Of a stretch of 64,000 bases of DNA, positions 26,725-39,899 are shown piece by piece. This DNA comes from Octopus vulgaris (lineage: Eukaryota). The DNA is taken from assembly GCA_951406725.2 (NCBI GenBank), contig OX597815.1, positions 21,948,001-22,012,000 of the forward strand, written 5' to 3'. The notes below the pieces were generated by a model. The model saw only the letters and a list, made by a program, of their open reading frames with translations, did no database searches and had not been told where the DNA came from. The position numbers and the translations under genes are program-made. How positions within the stretch are numbered: position 1 is the stretch's first letter; every line of letters begins with the position of its first letter.

Positions 26725-27018
26725 GTGTAGAGTGTTCTTTGCGGTTGACCGTTCTCGCCTCACTAAGGCATGGACTAAAGAACCATAAGGCCCATACAAC
26801 AGTAACTCTAATAATTGACTCTAATATAGAAACCCTTAGCGGTGAAAAAAATTGTCAACAGAAAACAAATTTGTCATACGAGAAATATTGCTTCGACGAA
26901 CCTGATACAATGGATTACAGAGTTGAAGCTTGCAATCACAGACTAATATTTGGACGTCTTGTACAAACGCCATCTGAGTTAAATACTCAAAAGAGAATTG
27001 ATTACAACATAATTTCTG
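26725..27018 (+). CDS. Ret: Ret-like receptor tyrosine kinase, exon 3 (end of CLD1, start of CLD2)
   Basis: ccttttcacag| acceptor and TCTG|gtaagt donor; 294 bp, phase 1-1, open frame. YCFDEPDTMDYRVEA...IDYNIISG parallels RET LCFPETRPSFRIREN...VAYRLLEG, which also ends an exon in vertebrates. Confidence 0.8.
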
Positions 27019-27115
27019 GTAAGTGAAGCTTTAATTATCCTGCGTTTAATTTTCGGTATCAAAGAGTTTCCTCATTGAGTACACTTTTATTTCTTGCTCC
27101 GCGTACTTAGTATTC

Positions 27116-27498
27116 GTGGAGGCGCAATGGCCCAGTGGTTAGGGCAGCGGACTCGCAGTCATAGGATCGCGGTTTCGATTCCCAGACCGGGCGTTGTGAG
27201 TGTTTATTGAGCGAAAACACCTAAAAGCTCCACGACGCTCCGGCAGGGGATGGTGGTGATCCCTGCTGTACTCTTTCACCACAACTTTCTCTTACTTCCT
27301 GTTTCTGTTGTACCTTGTATTTCAAAGGGCCGGCCTTGTCACTCTCTGTGTCACGCTGAATATCCCCGAGAACTACGTTAAGGGTACACGTGTCTGTGGA
27401 GTGCTCAGCCACTTGCACGTTAATTTCACGAGCAGGCTGTTCCGTTGATCGGATCAACCGGAACCCTCGTCGTCGTAACCGACGGAGTGCTTCCATCC
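27116..27498 (+). mobile_element. Full-length tRNA-derived SINE family C
   Basis: tRNA-like head with A and B boxes; TSD acttagtattc (27105-27115 / 27499-27509). Confidence 0.9.
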
Positions 27499-27882
27499 AC
27501 TTAGTATTCATTTATGATAGCTAGAAGTATGCTGTGTTCTATTAAAAATTTAATTTATGGTTATAATTTTACAGTACTTACCTGTTAAAATTCCATCGTA
27601 GTTATTTCAGATACTGTGTATTCATATGCAATTGGTTATAAGTGTTTAAATTTATTATATAATATATTACGCAAAACATCATAAAGCATGGTAAATAAAT
27701 GATAGTGAATTATATGAAATGATAGGTATATGTCAAGTTTACTTGCATTTTAAAAAAGAATTGCAGGAGAATAATATTGAGTATGAATTACAATTATGTA
27801 TACATTAAAAGCTAAAATAAGTATAAAAACAAAGAATGCTGCTTGACTGGCTAATAGTCAATCGGTAATAGTTAACCAATGG

Positions 27883-28296
27883 AAGGTGACGAGCTGGCAG
27901 AAACGTTAGCACGCCGGGCGAAATGCGTAGCCGTATTTCGTCTGTCGCGACGTTGTGAGTTCAAATTCCACCGAGGTCGACTTTGCCTTTCATCCTTTCG
28001 GGGTCGATCAAATAAGTACCAGTTCCGCACTGGGGTCGATGTAATCGACTTAATACCTATGTCTGTCCATGTTTGTCCCCTCTATGTTCAGCCCCTTGTG
28101 GGTAATAAAGAAATAGGTATTTTGTCTGCCGCTACGTTCTGAGTTCAAATTCCGCCGAGGTCGATTTTGCCTTTCATCCTTTCGGGGTCGATAAATTAAG
28201 TACCAGTTCATTTGGGTCGATGTAATCGACTTAATCCGTTTGTCTGTCCTTATTTGTCCCGTCTGTGTTTAGCCCCTTGTGGGTAGTAAAGAAATA
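27883..28296 (+). mobile_element. Tandem dimer of SINE family A (27883-28115 plus 5'-truncated 28116-28296)
   Basis: The tail AAAGAAATA runs directly into GGTATTTTGTCTGCCG of a second unit; flanked by a ~167-bp direct repeat. Confidence 0.9.
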
Positions 28297-28616
28297 TATA
28301 TGAAATAATAGGTATATGTCAAGTTTATTTACATTTTGAAAAAGATTGCAGCAGAATAATATTGAGTATGAATTACAATTAAATATACATTAAAAGCGAA
28401 AATAAGAATAGAAACAAAGAATGCTGCTTGACTGGCTAATAGTCAATCGGTAATAGTTAACCATTTCTAAAGAATAAAATAGTTAACTATTGTAACTCGC
28501 AAAGGTACTCTGTCTATTTATTATGTAAGTTATTACTATAATTGCTAAAAGACTCGAAGGTAATTAATAAAATGCATTGGCAGGGGAGAAGTTTAACTAT
28601 ATGTTATGTCGCACGA

Positions 28617-28850
28617 AGGCGGCGAGCTGGCAGAATCGTTAGCACACCGGACGAAATGCTTAGCCTTATTTCGTCTGCCGTTACGTGTTCTGGGTTCAAA
28701 TTCCGCCGAGGTCAACTTTGCCTTTCATCTTTTCGGGGTCGATAAATTAAGTACCAGTTACGCACTGGGGTCGATGTAATCGACTTAATTCCTTTGTCTG
28801 TCCTTGTTTGTCCCCTCTATGTTTATCCCCTTGTGGGTAGTAAAGAAATA
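28617..28850 (+). mobile_element. SINE family A
   Basis: Full length; 17-bp TSD tatatgttatgtYgcac (28598-28614 / 28851-28867). Confidence 0.9.
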
Positions 28851-30823
28851 TATATGTTATGTTGCACATTCGGATGACTCTACTCAACTCTGCTTTCACT
28901 ACTCAACTCTGCTTTCACTACTCTGTGCTCTCTGACGTCTAGGCTTCTTCCACCATATCTACGGATTGGGCTAGCCTACTTCATCGTATGGGGGCGTCCA
29001 CACAACACTATACAAGAGAGAAAAAAATTACAAACTTGGAGGATGCTATATTTCAAACGATAATAATGATGATTTTTATGAAAAGTACACTATTTCATTA
29101 TGTCAAAGGAGGGTTTAATCGATTTAATTGTCCTCCTTTTTAATGCCGGTGAGTGTCAAGGAACTGGCAACTATTTGGTGAGGAGGCTTGATGTAGCAAC
29201 TCGATTGGCTAAAATCCTTGCAATAAAATATACTATCTTTTAAATTACTCAATCTATTGTAGTAGATGATAGTAGGGTTGAATGGAGGAAGGTTCATTTC
29301 ACCTCATTTTCATCACTATAATCTCTGAAGAAGTTTGAATTAACTCTCAGATGCATATGGGCACGAATTTAAAAGGGCCGAATACAATTAAAGTTATTGA
29401 TCAAGTTCAATACTGCCTTATATTGTAAGCTTTTTGATTAGATGTAAAATCCAAATGCGATATTGTGACTTCACTTTTCCAAAGAACTCGCGGCTCGAGA
29501 GAAGCAAACTGGCATTAAAAGCGAATAAGAGATGTGGGAGCTTATCGCTTTGCTACCGAGATTTATGGAATATCGATCGATTAGCATATTAGAAGGTTCT
29601 GATATTAAATTTTGTCAAATTATTTCATCTTCATGTCCTACATCATTAAAGTATGAAGTAAAACACCATATATTATTAATTATTTGATTTTTATTTTAAA
29701 CCATAAATTTCAAACTGATTTTGAAAGTAGTACTAACACAGCTCTAGTAATTATATCGATAGCCTAATTGAGGAACTTCAGTCCAAGTCCTTGCTGTTAA
29801 ATTTCTAAGGATGTTCGAACTTGTAACATGAGGGTAAAGAAGCAAAACGAAAAATACATTCAAAACTGGCAAAAAAGTCCCCACCAAAAATCTGTATTTC
29901 TACTAAACAAATTTTGAATTTAGAAAACATTAAGAAACTTATGTACATATAACAAATAGTTTTTAACTTATTTTATAATTTAACTTACAAAATATTTGTT
30001 TGTGAAAGATTGATGAAAAAATATATATAACAATAAAAGCATAATGTGGATAGAATTTAGTTCCTTATTTTCTGAATTAATTTACTTGCAATACAAACAT
30101 TTTTCTGCAACAGTTGATTTTATCAACTTGGAGAGATTTGATATCGATTATATGAATGTGTATAGTTTAGTTCTGTAAACGAGGAACATTTTCATACATA
30201 TATATTCACAACACAGACACATGCTTGCAAGCACACATCTCACACTCAATATTTTTGAGCGAGTTAAAACTTCAAATGGATTTTTGCTGTGAATACAACT
30301 AATATGGCAATGTAACGTTTTGGTTTTGTTCCAAATTTAATACTTTTTACACTGGAAGAGAAAATGTTAAAAAACACAAACATATATTTAAGAATTTATA
30401 AAATGAAACTTATAAATTAAATTATATTAAAACTGATTTCTTGTCGTTTACATTGTTATTTATTGCATCGCTGTATTGACTCTCGGTTGCTAATGTGCTG
30501 AATAAGAATATTATTTTTATTATCCTATAACGATAATGATAGTTACATGGCCAGCAAATTTGAGGGGAAGTTTTAGCCGATATCATCGGCCCTGAACGTT
30601 ACTGGTACTATTTTTCTAACTTTGAAGAAACTACATAGACAGAATCGAACAAATAACTAAAGAAACAAATAATTCCGTTCGATAATTCCGTTAGTTTTAT
30701 GAAAGTAATTCCACTAGACAGTAATAGTGGAGCAACTAAATTTTACAATTGCAGCGTGGAAGGTGTTTATAAGCCATTTAAGACACACACAAAAACCGTT
30801 AGATTAACTTCAACATTAAATTT

Positions 30824-30879
30824 AATTTGTCAAAATATTTTCGTCGCTTTGAGACCGCGACCTGGTCACTGACCAAATT
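30824..30879 (-). ncRNA. Variant hammerhead ribozyme fold with G3-C8 core swap
   Basis: Minus strand: AAUUUgGUCA-GUGACCA-G-GUCGC(ggucucaaa)GCGAC-GAAA-AUAU-UU-UGACAAAUU. Stem I and a perfect 5-bp stem II flank a core in which C3/G8 are replaced by G3/C8. Confidence 0.65.
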
Positions 30880-31302
30880 CCGTGCTGCATCTCGGAATTC
30901 ATTGACAAAATTGTTTATCTCCTGTCCAAGCTTGAATTACGCGTTCGCCACCACAACCTCGTTTAGGCCTAGCAGCCCTTCCTGTTTGTTTGCACTGTCC
31001 TGTTTGTGTTACCAATTCTGACCCTCCGCAAAATCCCATATTTTATTTAATTTGCTTTGCAGGAGCAACTGTTTTATCGAAAGCATATATTGTTGTTAAA
31101 TGCTCGAAATACGAGACTAGAAAAACAACCAACAACAGATGAAGGGTCGTTCTTTATGTTTTTTTGCTTTGTTTTCCATTTGTGTCTTTCGTTGTTCGAA
31201 AGAATAGTTCATGTTCCATGTACTCATGCTTCGTACTTTTTGTTGTATACGTTTCGTGACGTCCTGTGCACACATATGCTGCATATATGTATATATATAA
31301 AA

Positions 31303-31343
<41 letters not shown>

Positions 31344-31469
31344 CACACACATACATACAGGTATGCCATATTTACCTGTTTGTTGTCTTTTCATTTAATC
31401 CTGAATACATACACACACAAACACATCTATCTATCTATCTATCTATCATCTATCTATCATCTATCTATC

Positions 31470-31557
<88 letters not shown>

Positions 31558-31567
31558 GTATGCTATT

Positions 31568-31640
31568 TTGAAAATAAACAAAAGATGAAGGCAGGTGGAA
31601 TATAAACAAACAATTGTATTAGTATAGCGTCAGGAATATA

Positions 31641-31645
<5 letters not shown>
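31568..31645 (-). mobile_element. Truncated copy of hammerhead-bearing family X between (TA)n tracts
   Basis: GAAAATAAACAAAAGATGAAGGCAGGTGGAATATAAACAAAC matches 33090-33165; the copy stops before the ribozyme. Confidence 0.8.
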
Positions 31646-31692
<47 letters not shown>

Positions 31693-31931
31693 GTGGGGGA
31701 GAGAAAGAGAGATACATATGCTAGCTATATGTTTCTATATATGTATATATGATTACATATTTATATGTTATGTAATATATAAGATATATATGCGTGTGTA
31801 TGTGCATACCTGTGTATGAGCGTGTGATTCTGTGCGTGTGTGTTTTGTGTTCGTGGGTGAGTGTGTACGTTGGTGGGTATGTTTTTTGTGCACTTTAACT
31901 AATGTATAATTTTCATACATCTATGCGCGCA

Positions 31932-31992
<61 letters not shown>

Positions 31993-32359
31993 GCACGCAC
32001 ACGCACATGCACACACGGGTACAAATGCACATATAAATCTTGAATATTTTTCAATATATTTGTGGTGCCTCTAAGCGCCCCTGAAAACAATAAATCGGCT
32101 TTTATTTTTATCACTAATACTCGTTAGATTTCTAATCATTGTTAGATTTATATATGACATAAAAAGGAAAGTACAACAATGACATACCATGTAAACATGA
32201 CTGAAATATCAGTGTAGTGTCTCTTGTCTCTTGGTCACATGATCCATCACCTGCTCTTTCGAAATTGGTCTTCTGACACTTTGCGTTATTTGTAGTCTTT
32301 TGTCATATTGTCACCATCTGTTTTTCTCTCTCCCTTCTTTGCTCTTTTACATAACTCCC

Positions 32360-32543
32360 ACCTCTTTCTCTGTTTCTTTTTCTCTGTCTCTCTTTCTCTC
32401 TGTCTCTCTTTCTCCCTCTCTCTCTTTCTCTCTCTCTCTTTCTCTCTTTCTCTCTCTCTGTCTGTGTCTCCCTCTCTCTCTCTCTCTTTATCTCCCTCTC
32501 TCTCTTTCACTCTCTCTCTTTCTCTCTCTCTTTCACTCTCTCT

Positions 32544-32592
<49 letters not shown>

Positions 32593-32725
32593 TTCTCCCT
32601 CTCTCTCTTGCTCTCTCTCTCTTTCTCTCTCTCTCTGTCTCTGTCTCCCTCTCTCTCTCTCTTTCTCTGTCTCTGTCTCTCTTTATCTCCCTCTCTTTCT
32701 CTCCATCTCTTTCTCTCCCTATCTT

Positions 32726-32783
<58 letters not shown>

Positions 32784-32785
32784 CT
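32360..32785. repeat. Long imperfect (CT)n tract
   Basis: Directly visible. Confidence 0.95.
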
Positions 32786-33076
32786 CTTTTCATGCACACA
32801 TAGATATGCGCAATTTTATATCATTTCGCATTTAACTTCGCATTTATCTGGTCGACACTTACATATACAGCCACCCTGTTTAGGAAAACGGAAATAGCGG
32901 ACGGAGGGGAGAGAGAGAGAGAGAGACAACCAATGACTATGAAAAAAAAAGAAAAAGAAAAAGAAAAGAGACATGTAAATAAAGAGAGCAAGATATGTAT
33001 GTGGGTGTATGTTCTTTTTATATTTAACTTCTATTCTTCGCTTTTTGGTTGCCAATATATCCGTATATATATATAT

Positions 33077-33282
33077 AACGGGAAGGTTTACGAAAATAAA
33101 CAAAAGACGAAGGCAGGTGGAGTACAAACAAACAAATGTATTAGTATGGCGCTCAGGAATAGAATAAAACAAGTCTTTTACGTTTCGAGCCTACGCTCTT
33201 CGACAGAAAGATACACAGAAAAGAAAAAAAGAAGAGAAACAAGGAAAGAAAAAAAATTGCGTGTAGGGGCTAACGATCCAAC
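33077..33282 (-). mobile_element. ~200-bp family X element (PLE pseudo-LTR-like) in (TA)n, with minimal hammerhead at 33174-33211
   Basis: Minus strand UCUUU-CUGUCGA-A-GAGC(guag)GCUC-GAAA-CG-UA-AAAGA; homologous to 37700-37882 and 52763-52960. Confidence 0.8.
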
Positions 33283-33305
33283 ATATATATATATGTATAT
33301 ATATG

Positions 33306-33474
<169 letters not shown>

Positions 33475-33896
33475 GTATATGTGTGTGTGTATACATGAGT
33501 GTGTATGTGTGTGTGTATTCGTATTTGTGTGTGGCAAGGGAATCAACAAAGATAAAATATTTAAAATTTCGCCCACTCACCATTCTTCTTTATGAAGCTG
33601 AGGGAACATCATAACATTTATAATTGAATATCGCATACGCTTAAGTACACACAAAGTACACAGACGCTGTACGGATATTATGAGCAGCCCAAAAAAGCGA
33701 AGCAAAAGGAGTTAAGATAAAGATAAAGACTGCAAAAGGAAATAATGGTGAGAGAGATTACCTATTAGACATGAGGGATCGAAGATAATTCAAATTTCGA
33801 TAGACTTAACCATTACATACCATTATCATTGTTGTTGTTGCTGTCACCGTTCTTGTTGTTGTTGATGTTGCTGACATCGTTGTTGTTGTTGTTGTT

Positions 33897-34021
33897 CCTC
33901 TTCTTCTTCTTCTTCTTCTTCTTCTTCTTCTTCTTCTTCTTCTTCTTCTTCTTCTTCTTCTTCTTCTTCTTCTTCTTCTTCTTCTTCTTCTTCTTCTTCT
34001 TCTTCTTCTTCGTCTTCTTCA
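33897..34021. repeat. (TTC)n microsatellite
   Basis: Directly visible. Confidence 0.95.
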
Positions 34022-34279
34022 TTTTACTTCTTTGCAGTTCTTGCTGCTCTTATTGCCTATATTGTGATAGTTATTGTAATGTTTGTCATCCATATCATGC
34101 AAATCTCCAATCGATTACTCCCAAAAGAATAATATCTAACAGTAGCCTAACTCAAGAGATATACTAGAATATACTAACAGCATGAGGTAGTCTTCCTTGT
34201 GTTTCATGGAATGCGACGCCATGTGGTAGGCGGACATCGTGTGACGAAATAATTAATCATGGATTTCCTGGAATGCATT

Positions 34280-34370
34280 AAAGAATATTGGAAAGCTGCT
34301 TGCCAAAGCGATCACCCAAGAGCTAGTTTTACCAATGTAGAAGGCACATTGGAGTTTGCATTTAATGATA
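34280..34370 (-). pseudogene. Small PLE GIY-YIG endonuclease fragment
   Basis: IIKCKLQCAFYIGKTS / LGDRFGKQLSNI resembles IxCxxCxxxYIGxTGRxLxDRFxEHLxxI. Confidence 0.5.
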
Positions 34371-34780
34371 ACGACATGCTTTCGTCAGGATATATCTTCG
34401 CTAATAGTGATATCCTGCATTGGAGCGACTGTGTGGGTTTTAGCTGAGTGACACTCAGCTAAAATGTGGTATTTTCTCGTGGTATTTTCTCGATATGAGT
34501 AGTGCTTGAAATTTTTATTGTTAAAAGGAATATGGCTGGCATGGCTTTACTTGAGGGTACTCTTAAAGAATTTCTGTGTAAGTTTGGCGTGAGGTGTCCA
34601 GACTGTGGTATGGGTGATGCATAGTTCGAATGAAAGGTTGTTGGATGTGACTGCAAAATGGTCACTGATATAAAGAAGTAAGAGTGGGAAACAAAACAGA
34701 ATCCTGGGGCACACCAGAGTTGACTGAAAATGAACTTGAAAGAGCTCCTTCAGCTCTTTCCAAGAGATTCTTATTATCAA
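34371..34780 (-). pseudogene. CR1/L2-like LINE reverse transcriptase relic
   Basis: SSSFSVNSGVPQDSVLFPTL / LLYISD corresponds to the RT motif SGVPQGSVLGPxLFLLYINDL. Confidence 0.65.
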
Positions 34781-34894
34781 AGCCATCTCAGCTGTATCAA
34801 AACGGTCCCTAGCTACGCTAACATGTTTTTTGTTAGGTACATTTACTGGTCTGATCATAAAACTATACTGTACATCGACACGTTTCTACCCCGT

Positions 34895-35160
34895 CATTGA
34901 GTTCACCTCCATCATCTGCCGCTCTCTCCTCTGTCAGTTTCCTTAACTTCTCAGTCACTATTGACTACTCAACCTTCTCTGATTTCTTCTATAAACCAAA
35001 CTCCCAGTCTTACCTCAATTTCGCCTCTTCCATTCAGTCACTCAAGACTTCCCATCCCATACTCTCTATTTCTTCTGCCTTCGGCTCTTCCGTAGTCAGG
35101 ATCACAAATATGAGACCCAATCTCAATTGAGGGTCCTTCAGTTTGTACGCCGTGGCTAAT
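34895..35160 (+). pseudogene. Penelope-like RT thumb relic
   Basis: SVSFLNFSVTI...FYKPNSQSYLNFASS / IPYSLF / FVRRG match the PLE pattern FLDxxV...YxKPTDSHSYLxxxSSHP...IPYSQFLR...FxxRGY. Confidence 0.75.
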
Positions 35161-35910
35161 AAAAATGTCCGCCTCTGTGCATTGCACCCCCACCACACAA
35201 CCGTTCCCTCTCATCTTCCACTTTAATATCTCGTCTCTTCAATGGTCTATCTAACACACTTCGTAGATCTATGTGTGTATTTATATATATGTATATGTAT
35301 TCACATTCGAGCTGGTAGACTGAGATTGTATGAATGCCTGTTACATAAATACACGATCTTCATATTTCTTGTCAGTATTAGATGTCTTTAAACACCTACA
35401 AAGATGACGCATTCAACATTTAACTACATCGTATACAAACCGATATTTTGACCTCTCCTATTCTCTCTCAATTTTCTCCCTCGCTCGTTCTCCCCCTTCC
35501 TTATTCACTACCTTATTTCCACTTCTTTTTTCCTCTCTTTCTTGCTCATTTTCCTCCTGCTCTCTCCACTTAATCTCATTCGTTCTATCACGCTCCCTCT
35601 CCTTCTCTTCTCCCACTTACTCTCGGCATAACAAGATCATGCTTGCTCTTTCCGTCCTATTACGCAGCACTCCAATTGCCTTTTTATAAATAATTTTATG
35701 CTTGTGATGTAAACAGGCGTCATAAATTTGGCATCCTTTCTGTTTCCTTTCTTAACCTCTCTTATTTCTTTTCCTTTCCTTTGATAAAGGGTACGACTTG
35801 AAACGGTAAATTCTCTATAATTCTTTTCACTACACTAATTCTTTGATTGTTATTTCGTTTCATATTTTCACGCCTTTTTCCATCAAGTATGTCATTTGTC
35901 TAACTTCGTA

Positions 35911-36640
35911 CAGTAATCACTCGCCATACCGAGGTTCACCTATCCTCAGTACATCGCGGATTTTTCTGACTAATATATGTAAATTTATCTCGCGGATTCC
36001 TCAGTGTATCGTGGGTTTCTCCGGCTGATAGCTATTTATATTTCTTTAGATTTTAATTATTTTTGTGGTAAAGTAAGCACTTTCACGCCTAAAAATTAAA
36101 AAATTAATAAATAAAAATACAGTACAGTACTGTACTGTATAACACATTAATTTAAATATATTAAAAGAAAATACGTAGTGTACCTATTTCTTTATTACCC
36201 ACAAGAGGCTAAACATAGAGGGGACAAACAAGGACAGACATAGGTATTAAGTCGATTATATCGACCCCAGTGCGTAACTGGTACTTAATTTATCGACCCC
36301 GAAAGGATGAAAGGCTAAGTCGACCTCGGCGAAATTTGAACTCAGAACGTAATGGCAAACGAAATACAGCTACGCATTTCGTCCGGCGTACTAACGGTCC
36401 TGCCAGCTCGCCGCCTTGTACCGTAGATGAGTAAACAAAGAATCGTACATATTGTATGGAAAACGAAAGTCAGGAGGCGAGTGTGTGGTGTTGTCTTGCA
36501 TTTATAATAAAATAAAGATATACAAATTATGAAAATAATAAAAGAATATATACAGAACAGTACAGTTTCTACTTCGCGGATTTTTTACCCATCGCGGGAT
36601 GTTTTGGAATGTAACACCCGCAATAGGCGAGGGATTACTG
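35911..36640. mobile_element. Tigger/pogo-type MITE interrupted by a SINE
   Basis: TA-CAGTAATCACTCGCCAT ... ATAGGCGAGGGATTACTG-TA terminal inverted repeats with TA TSD; related copy at 49734. Confidence 0.85.
36185..36417 (-). mobile_element. SINE family A nested in the MITE
   Basis: Full-length reverse complement of family A; short TSD tgtacc. Confidence 0.9.
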
Positions 36641-37699
36641 TATATCATTTGTGATCCTCTCCTTTACTTCATATTCTATATCGTTTTATTTGCGTTCTTA
36701 TATCCACTTAAGCACATGCAATCATTCACTCACTCACTCACGCACACACACATGCATTCACACACACACATTCACACATACACACAGTATATAAACCTTC
36801 ACACAGACACATACAATATATATGCAAATAAATACTCATATGCATTTGCATCTAAATATCTACCTTTGTGAAGAGAGAATGCTATCACAAGCATTGTACA
36901 CATTATACAAGGTAGAAAAGTGAGACTGGCATACAATTTCGTCGTAGTTAATCCAATTCCACATTTCATATGACCAATTATAAATTGATAGTCATGCTGT
37001 GCTTTGAAACCGAAATCTATTGGTTGCAACCGCAACACAAGTTTAGTCTTATCTATATTGTCGCCGAGTGATCAATGCTTGTATGTTAAGCTGTTTAGCA
37101 TGTCATACTATATGTCAGGAGTTGTATCTCTTATAGATGGAATTGTGAACAATTGACAGTTCTAAAGTCAGAGCGAGTACTTGTCAAATCTAGTTTCACA
37201 ATTTTATCGTGCCCGTCGGTGTTAATTAGAAATTATACGCTTCAATGAAGCGTGAAGTAGCAATTAATCCTTTAGACGTGTCCTTCCATTGATTTTGTTG
37301 ATTCGGTCACGAAATTGCAATATCGTCTGAAAGCTTCAGATTGCTGCATTCTTAATGTAAATCCAACACAATTCAGCTTGGACTTTCCTCCGCCAGAATA
37401 AATACTTTACATAGACATTTAATTCATGAAGTTTCCTAAACGTTATGGAGTAGACCCTATTTACAATGCGTCAAATATATGCAAATCAGACAAAAATATA
37501 TTACTGTAGACATAATATTTTCTGATAAGGAATAAACTTTCAACTTAATTTGCTGCGCAAATAAACAAATACTGTTCTCTTTAAACTCTTTCACCTTCTC
37601 TCTTTATTTCTCTCTCTGTTTATGTATGTATAGATGTGTGCATGTGTGTGTATCTATAGGCGTACGTGGGAATGCATATAAGAATACACACGCGTACAT

Positions 37700-37882
37700 A
37701 GCCACTACACACATTTTTTTTTCTCTCCTTGTTTTTTTTTTTTTTTGCTGTGTCCCTTTCTGTAGAAGAGCGTAGGCTCGAAATGTAAAAGACTTTTTCA
37801 ATTCCCGAGCGTTATATTAATACATCTGTTTGTTTTCTACACCACCTGTCTTCGTCTTTTGTTTTTTTCGTAAACTTTCCCT
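37700..37882 (+). mobile_element. Family X element with minimal hammerhead at 37756-37791
   Basis: CUUU-CUGUAGA-A-GAGC(guag)GCUC-GAAA-UG-UA-AAAG; followed by (TA)n. Confidence 0.75.
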
Positions 37883-37884
37883 AT

Positions 37885-37959
<75 letters not shown>

Positions 37960-38399
37960 GAGAGAGAGAGAGAGAGAAAGAGAGATATTCATACAAACAA
38001 CTAAGAGTTGCTATGAGAGTTTCATTAAAAGTAGCATACGTAATAGAAATAAGTACAGAGGCGAAAAATAATTCGAGGTAACGAATTAAAGATTTGAAAT
38101 CCAGCGACGTGGGTTTTGTCAGTTACGAAATTATTTACAAGGTCGTTGTTAAATACAACAAAAACGGAACAGTATAAAATCTCACTAACATTCAATTCAT
38201 TCATAAAATAGCACTAAGAATGATCTAGATTTTTAGGAATTGTTATTTATTTAGGAACGTCATTGTCTAAAACTAAAAGTAAAGAAGTAAATGCAGTTAC
38301 ATAAAAATAAACCTCATTAATGAGGAAAATTAAACTCGTAACGCAGTTGTGTTTTCAATAAAGGAAAGCTGATCTCTGCATACGCATATATTTGCGTCA

Positions 38400-38467
<68 letters not shown>

Positions 38468-39823
38468 CAGAGAGAGAGAGACAGAGAGAGAGAGGGGGAG
38501 GGGGGAGGGGGAAGTGGGGAGAGAGAGGGGGAATATACGTGTGTGTGTGTGACATTACGTATGTTCTAGGTGTGCACTTCTGCATATAATGTGTATGCGT
38601 GTATGAGTTTTTAGTATGGTATAGTTTAATTATAACCTTAATTACGATAAATAATTGTGATTATAACGACCATTATGTTTCTGGCTGTTAACATCTGTGT
38701 CTAGAACAGTTGATTCGGAACGTGAAACATTAATAGATATTAAAGAGAAATAAATGAAATTGAATCAGCTTTTGAATTAGCAATATTTAGATTTTTAAAT
38801 ACATAAATGCCGACTGATTGTTAGCAAAACATTTTGTCATTTTTCAAGTGAAAACGTTTGCAATTCATAAATACATTCACAATAAACGTACATTATTCAA
38901 ACAACTGTTCTTAATTACTCACATATCTACGAATGCAATGGCGCAATGACACCATTTCTTAATGCTGTGTACTCTAGCCATCACATACAATCATATCTGT
39001 ATGGAAATATTTTGATTTGTGACCCGTGGGATACTTTTAAATAGTGTATATCACGCGGAAGACCTTTTTGTATTGCGCAGAGCATCTTTATTTTAAAATC
39101 ATAAACATCGTTTACCCATTTCTTTTTTCATCGATAAATAAATGCCATAAAGCTGAACAGGAGAAGGTTTAATTACCAAAGCTCTAAATCAATTCTGCAT
39201 AGCACAGAAGCAGTTGCCATTTGTCGCCTGTCATAATAAGAGGTCTCTGTAGTTCGTTATGTCCGTGACAAAATATTAATGTTTGCTTCTTTTTAGCAGA
39301 TAAACAAAGCAAATGGATGCTGTTATACCCATTTTAGAACTCTCTGATGATTGACCAGTGGGAATAGTCCATTACCTTATGTTTGTTACAAGTAATATTA
39401 TTGTTACACTTTTCCCGAAACTCGTGTGAATCGAAAGTACGTTTACTCTAAGACGGGCTCACTATCCATATCTCATTTTGTTGTTCAGCAAGGTTTGGGC
39501 AATATAAACAGTTGTAATAGATCTATTTCTTAATATTGGTAATTTTTGCACGAGTACTCAACGCGCTTCTCAAGTGAAATAAGCGTGAAGCAGGTACAAT
39601 ATAGCCCAACAGATTTTCAAACAGTTCTTGTTTAGTTCCCACTCACTTTATATGCAATATACAATTTCATATAATATTATACATATCATACATAAGTGTT
39701 ACAGTTGGTCAAATGTAGCAGGGTCCAAAGGCTACCGGTACCTGCTCCTTATTATATGGGTCACTTAAAATTATTAGCGACAGCATGATACATACTAAGC
39801 CTAAATCACCCCCAACTGCTAAA

Positions 39824-39899
<76 letters not shown>

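Noticed and set aside
31070-31125. AGCAT/ATGCT stem followed by CGAAA, a possible decayed hammerhead
   Set aside because: Core and cleavage triplet are too degenerate to support.
37141-37204. Imperfect hairpin, possibly miRNA-like
   Set aside because: Large asymmetric bulges and no recognisable mature miRNA.
39344-39380. CTGATGA motif
   Set aside because: No GAAA box downstream.
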